Source of the DNA: an uncultured bacterium
Lineage (GTDB): Bacteria > Patescibacteriota > Minisyncoccia > Phycocordibacterales > UBA2100
Assembly: GCA_903858755.1 (NCBI GenBank)
Contig: CAIOKC010000027.1
Span: 2,192 to 66,191 of the forward strand
Direction of reading: 5' to 3'
Length of the DNA stretch: 64,000 bases
Position 1 is the stretch's first letter; every line of letters begins with the position of its first letter. Positions 1 through 8,511 of the stretch are shown one piece after another. Both the position numbers and the translations under genes were made by a program. Under the pieces are notes generated by a model that had not been told where the DNA came from, searched no databases, and saw only the letters and a list, made by a program, of their open reading frames with translations.

Positions 1-258
1 TCGCATACTCACGGCGCCTCCCCGGCGCGCAGCCCCGGGCGCGCGCCGCACCCGGGAAGACGACCTCCTCAGCGCGATGGCCGCCCTCGTCGCCGCTCGT
101 TTGGTCCGCGCTCGCATCCACCGCGACGCGGCAAGACCCGCGTCGAGCACCAGGCACCATCACGCGCACATGCACCGCACGCAGCATCCGTCCCGCCTAT
201 CGCGAGCGATGTCGTCCGCATTATCCCCCTCGGCGGCGTCGAGGAGATCGGTCGCAAC

Positions 259-1869
259 ATGACCGCGATCGAGATCGGCGACGACATATTCGTACTCGAC
301 TGCGGTTTCGCCTTCTCCGAAGACGACACGCCGGGTATCGACTACATCCTGCCCAATACCGGCTACCTCGAAGAGCGCCGCAACAAAATCCGCGGTCTCC
401 TCATATCGCACGGGCACCTCGATCACATCGGCGGCATCCCCTACATCATCGATCGCATCGGCAATCCGACGATCTACACCCGCAAGCTTACGGGCAAGAT
501 GATCCAAAAGCGCCAAGAGGAGTTCGCCGGCTCCGTGGTCACGATCCGCGAAGTGGAGCGCGACGAGGTTATCAAGCTCGGCAATCATACGATCCGCTTC
601 TTCGGCGTGACCCACACCGTGCCGGATTCGATGGGCATCATCATCGAGACCCCATGGGGCGACGTGGTGTTTACCGGCGACATCAAACTCAACCATCTCG
701 ACGGTGAGCCTTCCGACGAGGAGAAACGTGAATTCGGCATATTCAAAGACCGCAGTGTCTTAGCGCTCCTCATGGACTCGACGAATGTATGGCAGCCGGG
801 ATTCTCGATACCCGAGTCGACCGTCTACAAGACGCTCAACAACGTCATAAAGGACGCAAAAGGTCGCCTCATCATCGCGATGTTTGCTTCGCATCTCGAA
901 CGCCTCATCCGCGTCGTGCATTTCGCCGAAGAGTACGGCAAGAAGATCGTCATCGACGGCAGGAGTATGAGGACCAACATCGAGATCGCGCGCGAACTCG
1001 GTCTCATCAAGTACAAGGACGACACGGTGGTCGCGGTCGAAAACATGGGTCAGTACCCGAAAGAGCGCATCATCATCCTCGCCACTGGCGCGCAAGGCGA
1101 TGAATTCGCCTCGCTCGCGAGAATCGGCAACAAAACGCACAAGCATATCCGCCTTGAGCCGACAGACACCGTCGTGCTCTCATCGTCGGTCATCCCCGGC
1201 AACGAACGCGCGGTGCAGAAACTCAAAGACAACCTCTCGCGCCAAGGCGCGCACATCATCACCTACCACGCGAGCGATGTGCATGCATCCGGCCACGGCA
1301 ATCGCGAAGAAGCGGCGTGGATCCACCGGCAGATCAAGCCGAAGTTCTTCATCCCCGTGCACGGCTACCACTACATGCTCCGCGTGCATGCCGATCTCGC
1401 GGTCGAGATGGGCGTCGCACCGGATCACATCGCAATCGCCGACAACTCCACGATCGTGGAGATACGAGGCGGCGAGAAAATCTCCAAGCACGCGATAAAG
1501 GCACCCTCGGAATTGCGCGTGGTCGAAGGATCGACCGTCTCCGAACTCTCCGACGTCCTCATGCGCGATCGAAAAGCGCTCGGACAGGAAGGATTCTGCG
1601 TCGTCGTCGCGACGGTGGACCGCCGCACCGGCAAACTCCACAAATCCCCCGACATCATCTCCCGAGGATTCGTATATCTGCGCGACAACAAAGATCTGAT
1701 GGATCAGACGCGCCTCATCATCCGCAAATCAGTGGAAGGCTCAATGCGCAACCCGCGTGCAGCCGATCTCGACCACGCCCGCGACGACCTCGCAGAATCC
1801 GTCGCCCGCTTCCTCTTGCAGCGGACCATGAAACGACCGATCGTGATTCCGGTGATCGTGAGTATTTAG
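259..1869 (+). CDS. rnj: Ribonuclease J (metallo-beta-lactamase / beta-CASP RNase)
   Basis: HGHLDHIGG metallo-beta-lactamase motif, beta-CASP region and C-terminal domain. The conserved RNase J N-terminus (VRIIPLGGVEEIGRN) is encoded in-frame upstream of the ATG at 259 from at least nt 217, with no ATG/GTG/TTG in frame back to nt 1, so the true start is uncertain. Confidence 0.85.
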   Translation: MTAIEIGDDIFVLDCGFAFSEDDTPGIDYILPNTGYLEERRNKIRGLLISHGHLDHIGGIPYIIDRIGNPTIYTRKLTGKMIQKRQEEFAGSVVTIREVERDEVIKLGNHTIRFFGVTHTVPDSMGIIIETPWGDVVFTGDIKLNHLDGEPSDEEKREFGIFKDRSVLALLMDSTNVWQPGFSIPESTVYKTLNNVIKDAKGRLIIAMFASHLERLIRVVHFAEEYGKKIVIDGRSMRTNIEIARELGLIKYKDDTVVAVENMGQYPKERIIILATGAQGDEFASLARIGNKTHKHIRLEPTDTVVLSSSVIPGNERAVQKLKDNLSRQGAHIITYHASDVHASGHGNREEAAWIHRQIKPKFFIPVHGYHYMLRVHADLAVEMGVAPDHIAIADNSTIVEIRGGEKISKHAIKAPSELRVVEGSTVSELSDVLMRDRKALGQEGFCVVVATVDRRTGKLHKSPDIISRGFVYLRDNKDLMDQTRLIIRKSVEGSMRNPRAADLDHARDDLAESVARFLLQRTMKRPIVIPVIVSI

Positions 1870-1884
1870 GTCCCGTAGCGATTC

Positions 1885-2673
1885 TCATATAAGCCCATCG
1901 CGCTTAAGCGACACCAAGGCCGCACCGATGCGTCTTTTTGAAAAAGGGAGCGATTCCGGATCCTGACCCATATGCGCGGCTTTCAGTATGGCGCCGCGCA
2001 CTTCGCGTAAGCTTCCCTTGAATTTGGACTGCTTCGTGTAGACACGAGTGCGGCTGTTGATCTTGATCCCGTTACGTTTCAGGTACGAGCCGTAATCAAA
2101 CAGCGCAGAGTGCCACTTTCTAGGGTCCTGCCCCTTCGCCGCCATCTTTGCAATAGGCAGCACCTCACTATCGGAATATCGGGAGATCGTATCTCCCGAT
2201 ATTGGGAAGAAGTGGTGGATTAATGCAGTGCGGACATTGGTCTCGATGAGGACATCCGGCTCGTTGAAGGCAAAGACGCGGACGGCTGATGCGGTGTATG
2301 GTCCCATGCCGGATAAAGTTCGGAGTACCGCAAGATCCCTCGGTACCTTTCCCTTATGCGCTCGGACGATTTCTTTCGCCGCATCGTGCACATACTTCCC
2401 TCGCCTGTTGTAGCCAAGTCCACTCCAGACCTTGAGCACCATGCCAAGGGGTGCCCTTGCCAGTGAGCGGACATTCGGAAAAGCTTCCAGGAATTTTTTG
2501 TACTTTTCAATCACCCGCGGCACCTGTGTCTGCTGGAGCATTACTTCGGATACAAGAATCTTGTACGGATCCTTGGTCTTGCGCCACGGAAGGTCGTGCC
2601 GTCCGTTCTTTTTGTAGTGCTCCCAGACGATGCGTCTGAAATCCTCGACCTTAGCGGATGTCATACATGACAT
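1885..2673 (-). CDS. HhH-GPD family DNA glycosylase (MutY/Nth-like, no obvious Fe-S Cys cluster)
   Basis: DLPWRKTKDPYKILVSEVMLQQTQV helix-hairpin-helix signature; 262 aa. Confidence 0.6.
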   Translation of the reverse strand: MSCMTSAKVEDFRRIVWEHYKKNGRHDLPWRKTKDPYKILVSEVMLQQTQVPRVIEKYKKFLEAFPNVRSLARAPLGMVLKVWSGLGYNRRGKYVHDAAKEIVRAHKGKVPRDLAVLRTLSGMGPYTASAVRVFAFNEPDVLIETNVRTALIHHFFPISGDTISRYSDSEVLPIAKMAAKGQDPRKWHSALFDYGSYLKRNGIKINSRTRVYTKQSKFKGSLREVRGAILKAAHMGQDPESLPFSKRRIGAALVSLKRDGLI

Positions 2674-3343
2674 CTTTTCTCTCCACTTTTACACTCCACT
2701 TCATACGCTTCGCGTAGCGGTACAGCTTTGAATTCGGATTGAAGCAAATCGGCTTTGCGACCATTTCCAGGAATGGTACATCGGTCTCCGTATCGCCCAC
2801 CCCCACGGAGTGCGCGAGCGTGAGACCTTCTTTCTCGACCGCACGCTTCACGATATTTGCTTTGTTGAGAATGAGGTGCTCATCGATCACTTTGCCGGTG
2901 AAGCAATCTTGCGGACCGATCTCATAGACCATGCCGTATGTCTTATCAAATCCGAGCCGCGGGCAGAATTTATCGAGCACCGTCTTCGGCGAGTGCGACA
3001 CCGCGAGAAGAAAATACCCGCGCGACCGCAGATCCTTGAGCAGATCGCGCGTATAGCGGTAGGTGCGCTTCCACTGCTCATCGACCACCTCTTCCGCGGC
3101 ATCGGCAAGCGCAGAGTAGTGCACGCCCTTAAGGTGCCCGACGAATGCGCGTACGACCGCATCGATGTATTCCTGGTAGTCGCCCTCGCGATCGAGCCAG
3201 CGCACATGCTCGCGCTCATAGACCCTCCTCGTATCCGGAGGGAACACGCCTTTCTCGATGAGTCGATTGACGACCTGTATCAGAAGGCTGGAGCGGAATA
3301 TCGTACCGTCTACATCAAATATCGCCGCCCGCCGTTTCTCCAT
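2651..3343 (-). CDS. HAD-superfamily hydrolase/phosphatase
   Basis: DVDGT motif I near the N-terminus and GDTETD motif IV. Confidence 0.6.
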   Translation of the reverse strand: MEKRRAAIFDVDGTIFRSSLLIQVVNRLIEKGVFPPDTRRVYEREHVRWLDREGDYQEYIDAVVRAFVGHLKGVHYSALADAAEEVVDEQWKRTYRYTRDLLKDLRSRGYFLLAVSHSPKTVLDKFCPRLGFDKTYGMVYEIGPQDCFTGKVIDEHLILNKANIVKRAVEKEGLTLAHSVGVGDTETDVPFLEMVAKPICFNPNSKLYRYAKRMKWSVKVERKDVMYDIR

Positions 3344-3652
3344 GCCGCCATGGTACCAGAAGCATGGATTTGCGATACTCGTACAGCTGTGGCACGATGC
3401 ACCAGACCACTAGCACCAAGGAGATGATCGTGAAGACAGTTCTTTCCGATACGAAATGCCCGAAGCATAAGTGCAAATGCGTCCTCCGCGGCGGGCAGGT
3501 CGTCTGCCTCAAATGCGAGGATGAGAAAAATCAGAAGCAATTCTCAAATCAGCCCGGTCACGGTCCTGCCAAACAGCAGACGTAGCGGTGCGCGTGAAAA
3601 AGCAAAGGGTGCCCCGTGGTGCCCTTTTTGTTTTTTGGCGATAGGCTATTGT

Positions 3653-4726
3653 ATGGATATGAAGCGCAAGATACGCGTCGGCATTCTATTCGGAGGGAAA
3701 TCCGCCGAGCACGAAGTATCTATCCGCTCCGCGCGAAATGTCGCCGAAGCGATAGACAAAGAAAAATACGAGGTGCGACTTATCGGTATCGACAAAAAAG
3801 GTCATTGGCTGGCTCCGCAAAAATCAGCCGCACTTATAGGGGCGACGAGCATCCCTACATCCGATGTAAAAAGTATTGTCCTCGCACCTGAGAGCGACGG
3901 CGATATAACGAGCTCCGAAGGCGAGGAAAAAATCGACGTGGTCTTCCCTATTCTCCACGGACCGTTTGGCGAAGACGGAACAGTGCAAGGGTTGCTTCGA
4001 ATCGCCAATGTCCCTTTCGTCGGCGCGGGGGTGCTTGGCTCCGCGATCGGCATGGATAAGGACGTGATGAAGCGGCTCCTCCGGGATGCGGGCATCTCTA
4101 TTGCCAAATTCATTGTCGCAACGGAATCGGCTCCGGTTTCGTTCAAACAAGCGCACTCCGAGCTTGGTCTACCCCTCTTCATAAAACCCGCAAACCTCGG
4201 CTCGTCGGTCGGAGTCAGTAAAGTGACGACGGAGGAAGAGTACGCGCCGGCGATCAGAAAAGCGTTTCAATTCGATACCAAGATTCTCATCGAGGAGTAC
4301 ATCGAGGGTCGCGAAATCGAGTGTTCGGTCTTGGGCAACGAGAATCCGATTGCATCAATCCCCGGTGAAGTCATCGTTCACGACGAGTTCTATTCGTATG
4401 ACGCGAAATACATCGACGAGAGAGGCGCGTCGCTCCGTATACCTGCAGATATTCCGCCGGAGACGACACGGCTCGTGCAGGAAACCGCAATCAAGACGTA
4501 CCAAGCGCTCGCATGCGAAGGCATGGGTCGGGTCGATTCATTCCTTACACTAGACGGTCGCGTCGTCGTGAATGAGATCAACACCATCCCCGGATTTACC
4601 AATATCAGCATGTACCCGAAGATGTGGGAGGCATCTGGAATTTCGTACACGGATTTGATCGACAGATTGATCACCCTCGCGCTGGAACGATTCGAAAAGC
4701 AAAGTCGCCTCAAAACAGCCCGCTAG
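3653..4726 (+). CDS. ddl: D-alanine--D-alanine ligase
   Basis: Ddl N-terminal and ATP-grasp motifs (RVGILFGGKSAEHEVS; EIECSVLG; VNEINTIPGFT). Start placed at ATG 3653 (MDMKRKIRV); the longer upstream ORF extension looks non-coding. Confidence 0.85.
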   Translation: MDMKRKIRVGILFGGKSAEHEVSIRSARNVAEAIDKEKYEVRLIGIDKKGHWLAPQKSAALIGATSIPTSDVKSIVLAPESDGDITSSEGEEKIDVVFPILHGPFGEDGTVQGLLRIANVPFVGAGVLGSAIGMDKDVMKRLLRDAGISIAKFIVATESAPVSFKQAHSELGLPLFIKPANLGSSVGVSKVTTEEEYAPAIRKAFQFDTKILIEEYIEGREIECSVLGNENPIASIPGEVIVHDEFYSYDAKYIDERGASLRIPADIPPETTRLVQETAIKTYQALACEGMGRVDSFLTLDGRVVVNEINTIPGFTNISMYPKMWEASGISYTDLIDRLITLALERFEKQSRLKTAR

Positions 4727-4786
4727 ACCGCTATTGTTTATCAGTACCTATAGGACGAGATAAACAATAGCGGTGTATATCAGCAA

Positions 4787-5455
4787 TCACTTGATCCTTG
4801 GCCACCGTGTGGCGGCTTTGGGGTAGAGCTTCGTGAGCGGGTGCTTCGTGCAGTCATGCGGACGGGCGGGGCATACGTAGCGACCGTAGAGGACGAGTCC
4901 GTTGTTTACGTACTTCCAATCTTTCTTCGGGATGAGGCGTTCAAGGTCGTGTGAAATCTTTTTAAGGTCGTCGTGATCCGTAAGATCAAAACGCTTCGCA
5001 AACCGCTTCACATGCGTGTCGGTCGGGATGCCTCCCCACGTATCGTGAAGCTCGCCAAGGATTACGTGCGCCGTCTTGTAGCCGACGCCGGGGAGTTTCT
5101 GCAGGTCATTCTCGTCGCGCGGCACTTTTCCCCCGAAATCACGCGATACCATCTTCGCCGCGGCGATAATATGCTTTGCTTTGTTGCGAAAGAAGGTGAT
5201 GGAAGAAATCTCGCGTTCAAACGTCCGTGGATCCGCATCCGCGAAACACGACGGCTTCTTGTATTTCTTGAAAAGCGTTTCGTTCACCCTATTTACCGCC
5301 TTGTCGGTGCACTGCGCCGACATTACGACCGCGACAACAAGCTGGAATGGCGTCGAATACCGCAGCTCCGTCTTCGGCTTCGGATACGTCCGCTTAAGAT
5401 ACGCGACGATTTTCCGCGCGCGCGCTCTCCTCTCCTTGAGTCGTTCAGTCTTCAC
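4787..5455 (-). CDS. nth: Endonuclease III family DNA glycosylase/lyase
   Basis: HhH-GPD fold with the LPGVGYKTAHVIL motif and C-terminal Cys residues. Confidence 0.8.
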   Translation of the reverse strand: MKTERLKERRARARKIVAYLKRTYPKPKTELRYSTPFQLVVAVVMSAQCTDKAVNRVNETLFKKYKKPSCFADADPRTFEREISSITFFRNKAKHIIAAAKMVSRDFGGKVPRDENDLQKLPGVGYKTAHVILGELHDTWGGIPTDTHVKRFAKRFDLTDHDDLKKISHDLERLIPKKDWKYVNNGLVLYGRYVCPARPHDCTKHPLTKLYPKAATRWPRIK

Positions 5456-5459
5456 CCGG

Positions 5460-5915
5460 CTACTCTAGCACAATCGGTACGTCGAGATGGTCGTCGTTTT
5501 CCGGCAATCCGGAAGGGTTGTCTCTCTTGAGTACGAGCTTTGCCGCTCCAGCATAATTCCCGGTGAGCGCGACATCGGCGAGGAACGGCACGAGATCTGT
5601 CGTCATCCAATCCGATTGTGCCTGCGCGATCACCGTCGCGAGCACGATCCCGTTTGCATCCTGTACCTCTATCGGGAACGATGCTTCAAAATACCAGTTG
5701 CCCGGAGCCTGCCCCATAACGACAAAATCCTTCCCGACGGTCGCGTTGTTCTGCGGGCTCAAGACAGAAACCTTCGAGTGCAGAGGCTCTTCGCCATTCT
5801 GCATTCCGGTCGTCGGCGCAGTGACGGGTGCGGGGATCGCGAAGAGTACCCACGCAAGTCCGATGATGATAATCGAGAGGACGGTAATAACGCTCCACAT
5901 GATCTTTGCGTTCAT
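5460..5915 (-). CDS. Secreted/membrane-anchored Gmad2 (GerM-like immunoglobulin-like) domain protein
   Basis: N-terminal TM/signal sequence (MNAKIMWSVITVLSIIIIGLAWVLF) followed by a Gmad2-like beta-rich domain. The longer upstream ORF extension overlaps the yvcK-like gene and was trimmed to ATG 5915. Confidence 0.5.
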   Translation of the reverse strand: MNAKIMWSVITVLSIIIIGLAWVLFAIPAPVTAPTTGMQNGEEPLHSKVSVLSPQNNATVGKDFVVMGQAPGNWYFEASFPIEVQDANGIVLATVIAQAQSDWMTTDLVPFLADVALTGNYAGAAKLVLKRDNPSGLPENDDHLDVPIVLE

Positions 5916-5982
5916 TGCCCCAGTATACCAGGCTGACGCGCAGGTGCAGTAGCCGGGTATTTCTGCTACTATTGCCCGCATT

Positions 5983-6981
5983 ATGGCTACGCGCGCACAA
6001 CGCAAGAAAGTCGTGGTGATTGGCGGCGGCACGGGCACGTTCACCGTCCTGTCCGGTCTCAAAAAATATCCACTCGACCTCACCGCAATCGTTGCCATGT
6101 CCGACAACGGCGGCTCGACAGGGGTACTGCGCGACGAGCTCGGCGTCCTCCCACCGGGCGACGTACGCAATTGCCTCGTCGCACTCTCGACATCCGACAG
6201 GCTGATGCGCGCGCTCATGGGATACCGCTTCCAAGAGGGCAAGCTCAAAGGACACAGCTTCGGCAATCTGCTCCTCTCTGCGCTCGAGAAAGTGACGGGG
6301 AGCTTCGACCATGCGGTCGAAAAAGCGAGCGACATTCTCCGCACCAAGGGTCGCGTCATCCCGGCGACACTCGACAAGGTCACGCTCGTGGCGCAAGTCG
6401 GCAGCCGCACCGTTCGCGGCGAAGAGAAAATACAGACGACAAAGCTCAATGGCTCCCTCAAGGACCTCTGGCTTGAGCCTCACGGGCGCGCAAATCCGAA
6501 AGCGCTCGAGGCGATACGAGCAGCCGATCTGATCGTGATCGCGCCGGGCAATCTGTATGCAAGTCTTGTGCCAAATCTTCTCGTGCGCGGCATACCCGAA
6601 GCGATCAAACGAAGCCGGGCGAAAAAAGTATTTGTATGCAACCTCATGACCAAGGTCGAACACACAAAAGATTTCTCCGTCGCCGATTACACGGAAACGT
6701 TGGAAAAGTATCTCGGCTCGCCGCTCGACATCGTCATCTACAACAACGCAACCCCGGATGCGGAGCTTGTGAAGCGCTATGCGCGCGAGGGAGACACCCT
6801 CATCGCGTGGAATCATCTTCCAAAAAATCCGAAATTCCTCGGTGCAAATCTGCTCGCACGTCAGTACCACTCGCCAAACAAGGTCGGCACCGCGAGCAAA
6901 GAGAGTTCGCTCGTGCGCCACGACCCTGCGCGGCTTGCGCACACGATCGCAAAGATCATTGGAGTCCGGAAACAGATCTAG
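5983..6981 (+). CDS. YvcK/CofD family protein (gluconeogenesis factor-like, UPF0052)
   Basis: VVVIGGGTGTFTVLSGLKKY and AMSDNGGSTGVLRDELGVLPPGDVRNCL signatures. Confidence 0.8.
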   Translation: MATRAQRKKVVVIGGGTGTFTVLSGLKKYPLDLTAIVAMSDNGGSTGVLRDELGVLPPGDVRNCLVALSTSDRLMRALMGYRFQEGKLKGHSFGNLLLSALEKVTGSFDHAVEKASDILRTKGRVIPATLDKVTLVAQVGSRTVRGEEKIQTTKLNGSLKDLWLEPHGRANPKALEAIRAADLIVIAPGNLYASLVPNLLVRGIPEAIKRSRAKKVFVCNLMTKVEHTKDFSVADYTETLEKYLGSPLDIVIYNNATPDAELVKRYAREGDTLIAWNHLPKNPKFLGANLLARQYHSPNKVGTASKESSLVRHDPARLAHTIAKIIGVRKQI

Positions 6982-7009
6982 TTGCTTCCACAGAAGCGAC
7001 CTGGTACTA

Positions 7010-7165
7010 TTTCGATACAACTGAATATCGTATCAAGAGTGTGGGGAGAGTTCCGGCTCACCGATCCACCGGCAGCGTACTCGAAAGAGCAATGTGCCCC
7101 TTCCGGTCCTTCGGGAAGATACTTTTATTAGCTAATCTCCCGTCGGGGAGATATTTTCGTTGCAC
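7010..7165 (+). ncRNA. Candidate SAM-I-like riboswitch with intrinsic terminator, leader of metK
   Basis: TATCGTATCAAGAG...GGGGAGAG...GTGCCCCTTCC...GGGAAGATAC resembles the S-box consensus (UUAUCAAGAG, GGAGGGA, GGUGCCAAUUCC, AAGAUGAG). It is followed by the hairpin ATCTCCC-GTC-GGGGAGAT plus ATTTTCGTT directly before the metK ATG. Confidence 0.45.
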
Positions 7166-7167
7166 GC

Positions 7168-8220
7168 ATGTTCCATCTTTTAGAAAGATACACGACGGAA
7201 TCGGTCACCTCCGGTCATCCCGACAAAGTATGCGATCAGATATCAGATGCGATTCTTGATGCCTGCCTCGCACAGGACAGAGACGCGCGCGTCGCCGTCG
7301 AATCATTCGGCAGCCACGGCACCCTCATGCTCGGCGGTGAAGTGAAAACTTCAGCGTCAGTCGATTTCGAGAAAATAGCGCGGGATGTGTACACCGGTAT
7401 CGGCTACGACGACGAGTTGAAGATTTTAAACACTATCGCTCAGCAATCCCCCGACATCGCACAAGGCGTCGATACCGGCGGCGCCGGAGATCAGGGCATC
7501 ATGTACGGATACGCGACCGACGAGACGAAAGAAATGCTCCCCCTCGGGGTCGTCCTCGCACACGCGCTTGCCCGCAGGCTCGAGATACTCCGCCGCGACG
7601 GTACGCTCACATGGCTCAAGCCCGATGGCAAGACGCAGGTCACGATTGCACAGGGCAAAGTCATCACTGCGCTTACCTCTACGCAGCATGCGGAAGAAAT
7701 CTCCCAAGAGGATATTCGAGCGGCTTTGATCGAACATCTTTTCACTCCGATTCTTGGCTCGGTCGAGCATATCGAAATACTCGTGAATCCGACGGGCAAA
7801 TTCGTCCTTGGCGGATTCACTGCTGATGCAGGTCTCACCGGTCGTAAGATAATGGTCGACACCTACGGCGGCCTTATGCCGCACGGCGGCGGTGCCTTCT
7901 CCGGCAAAGACGCGACCAAGGTTGATCGCTCAGCTGCCTACATGTGCCGCTTCGCGGCTAAGAATCTCGTGGCAAACGGCTACGCGAAGAAAGCGCTCGT
8001 CTCGGTCGCTTACGCGATCGGTCGCGTCGAGCCCGTGATGATCGAAGCGTTTGACGATACTGGCAAGAATCTTACCGACGTCGTTGTCAAGAATTTCGAT
8101 TTCAAACCGCGTGCCATTATCGAGCGCCTCGGGCTCACCCGCCCCATCTTCCGCGATACAGCTGCCTACGGGCACTTCGGCGTCGACGGTCGTCCGTGGG
8201 AAGCAATTGAGAGAATCTAG
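7168..8220 (+). CDS. metK: S-adenosylmethionine synthetase
   Basis: ESVTSGHPDKVCDQISD and GGGAFSGKDATKVDRSAAY motifs. Confidence 0.9.
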   Translation: MFHLLERYTTESVTSGHPDKVCDQISDAILDACLAQDRDARVAVESFGSHGTLMLGGEVKTSASVDFEKIARDVYTGIGYDDELKILNTIAQQSPDIAQGVDTGGAGDQGIMYGYATDETKEMLPLGVVLAHALARRLEILRRDGTLTWLKPDGKTQVTIAQGKVITALTSTQHAEEISQEDIRAALIEHLFTPILGSVEHIEILVNPTGKFVLGGFTADAGLTGRKIMVDTYGGLMPHGGGAFSGKDATKVDRSAAYMCRFAAKNLVANGYAKKALVSVAYAIGRVEPVMIEAFDDTGKNLTDVVVKNFDFKPRAIIERLGLTRPIFRDTAAYGHFGVDGRPWEAIERI

Positions 8221-8511
8221 GTTGCGCCATCGCCAGTGTAATGTATCCTCAAGAGAGCCGTCAGAAATGGCGGTGGTTAGAAGTGGAGAGCGAATGTATT
8301 CTAATGAGCGTGTGGCCCCTTATCGGGGATACGAGGAGAGGGGTTGGGATATACCCAACAATCGGACATGCGAACTCGCATAGTATCTGCGGAAACCCTC
8401 CGGTAGTCTCCCTACCGTAACGTTTTTCGGAAAACCTGCCGGTAACGGCAGACGAAAATGGAAAACGGCAGGAGTCGCTTTTCGTTAATTGCGAGCAATC
8501 GCATATACCAT
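8221..8511 (+). ncRNA. Structured 5' leader of glmS; possible glmS-ribozyme-like element
   Basis: A 290-nt ORF-free leader with AGCCGUCAGAAAUGGCGG (compare the glmS ribozyme P1 AGCGCCAGAACUGGC), ACGAGGAGAGGGG (compare GACGAGGAUGGAGG) and GCGGAAACCCUCCGG (compare GCGGAUGCCUCCCGG) in the same order as the ribozyme core. Confidence 0.3.

Noticed and set aside
5686-7020. A 444-aa minus-strand ORF, and the N-terminal extension of 5460..6461, overlapping the plus-strand yvcK-like gene.
   Set aside because: It is antisense to a gene with clear family signatures (GGGTGTFTVLSGL, SDNGGSTG). In 60% GC DNA, long stop-free antisense frames are expected, and these have no recognisable motifs.
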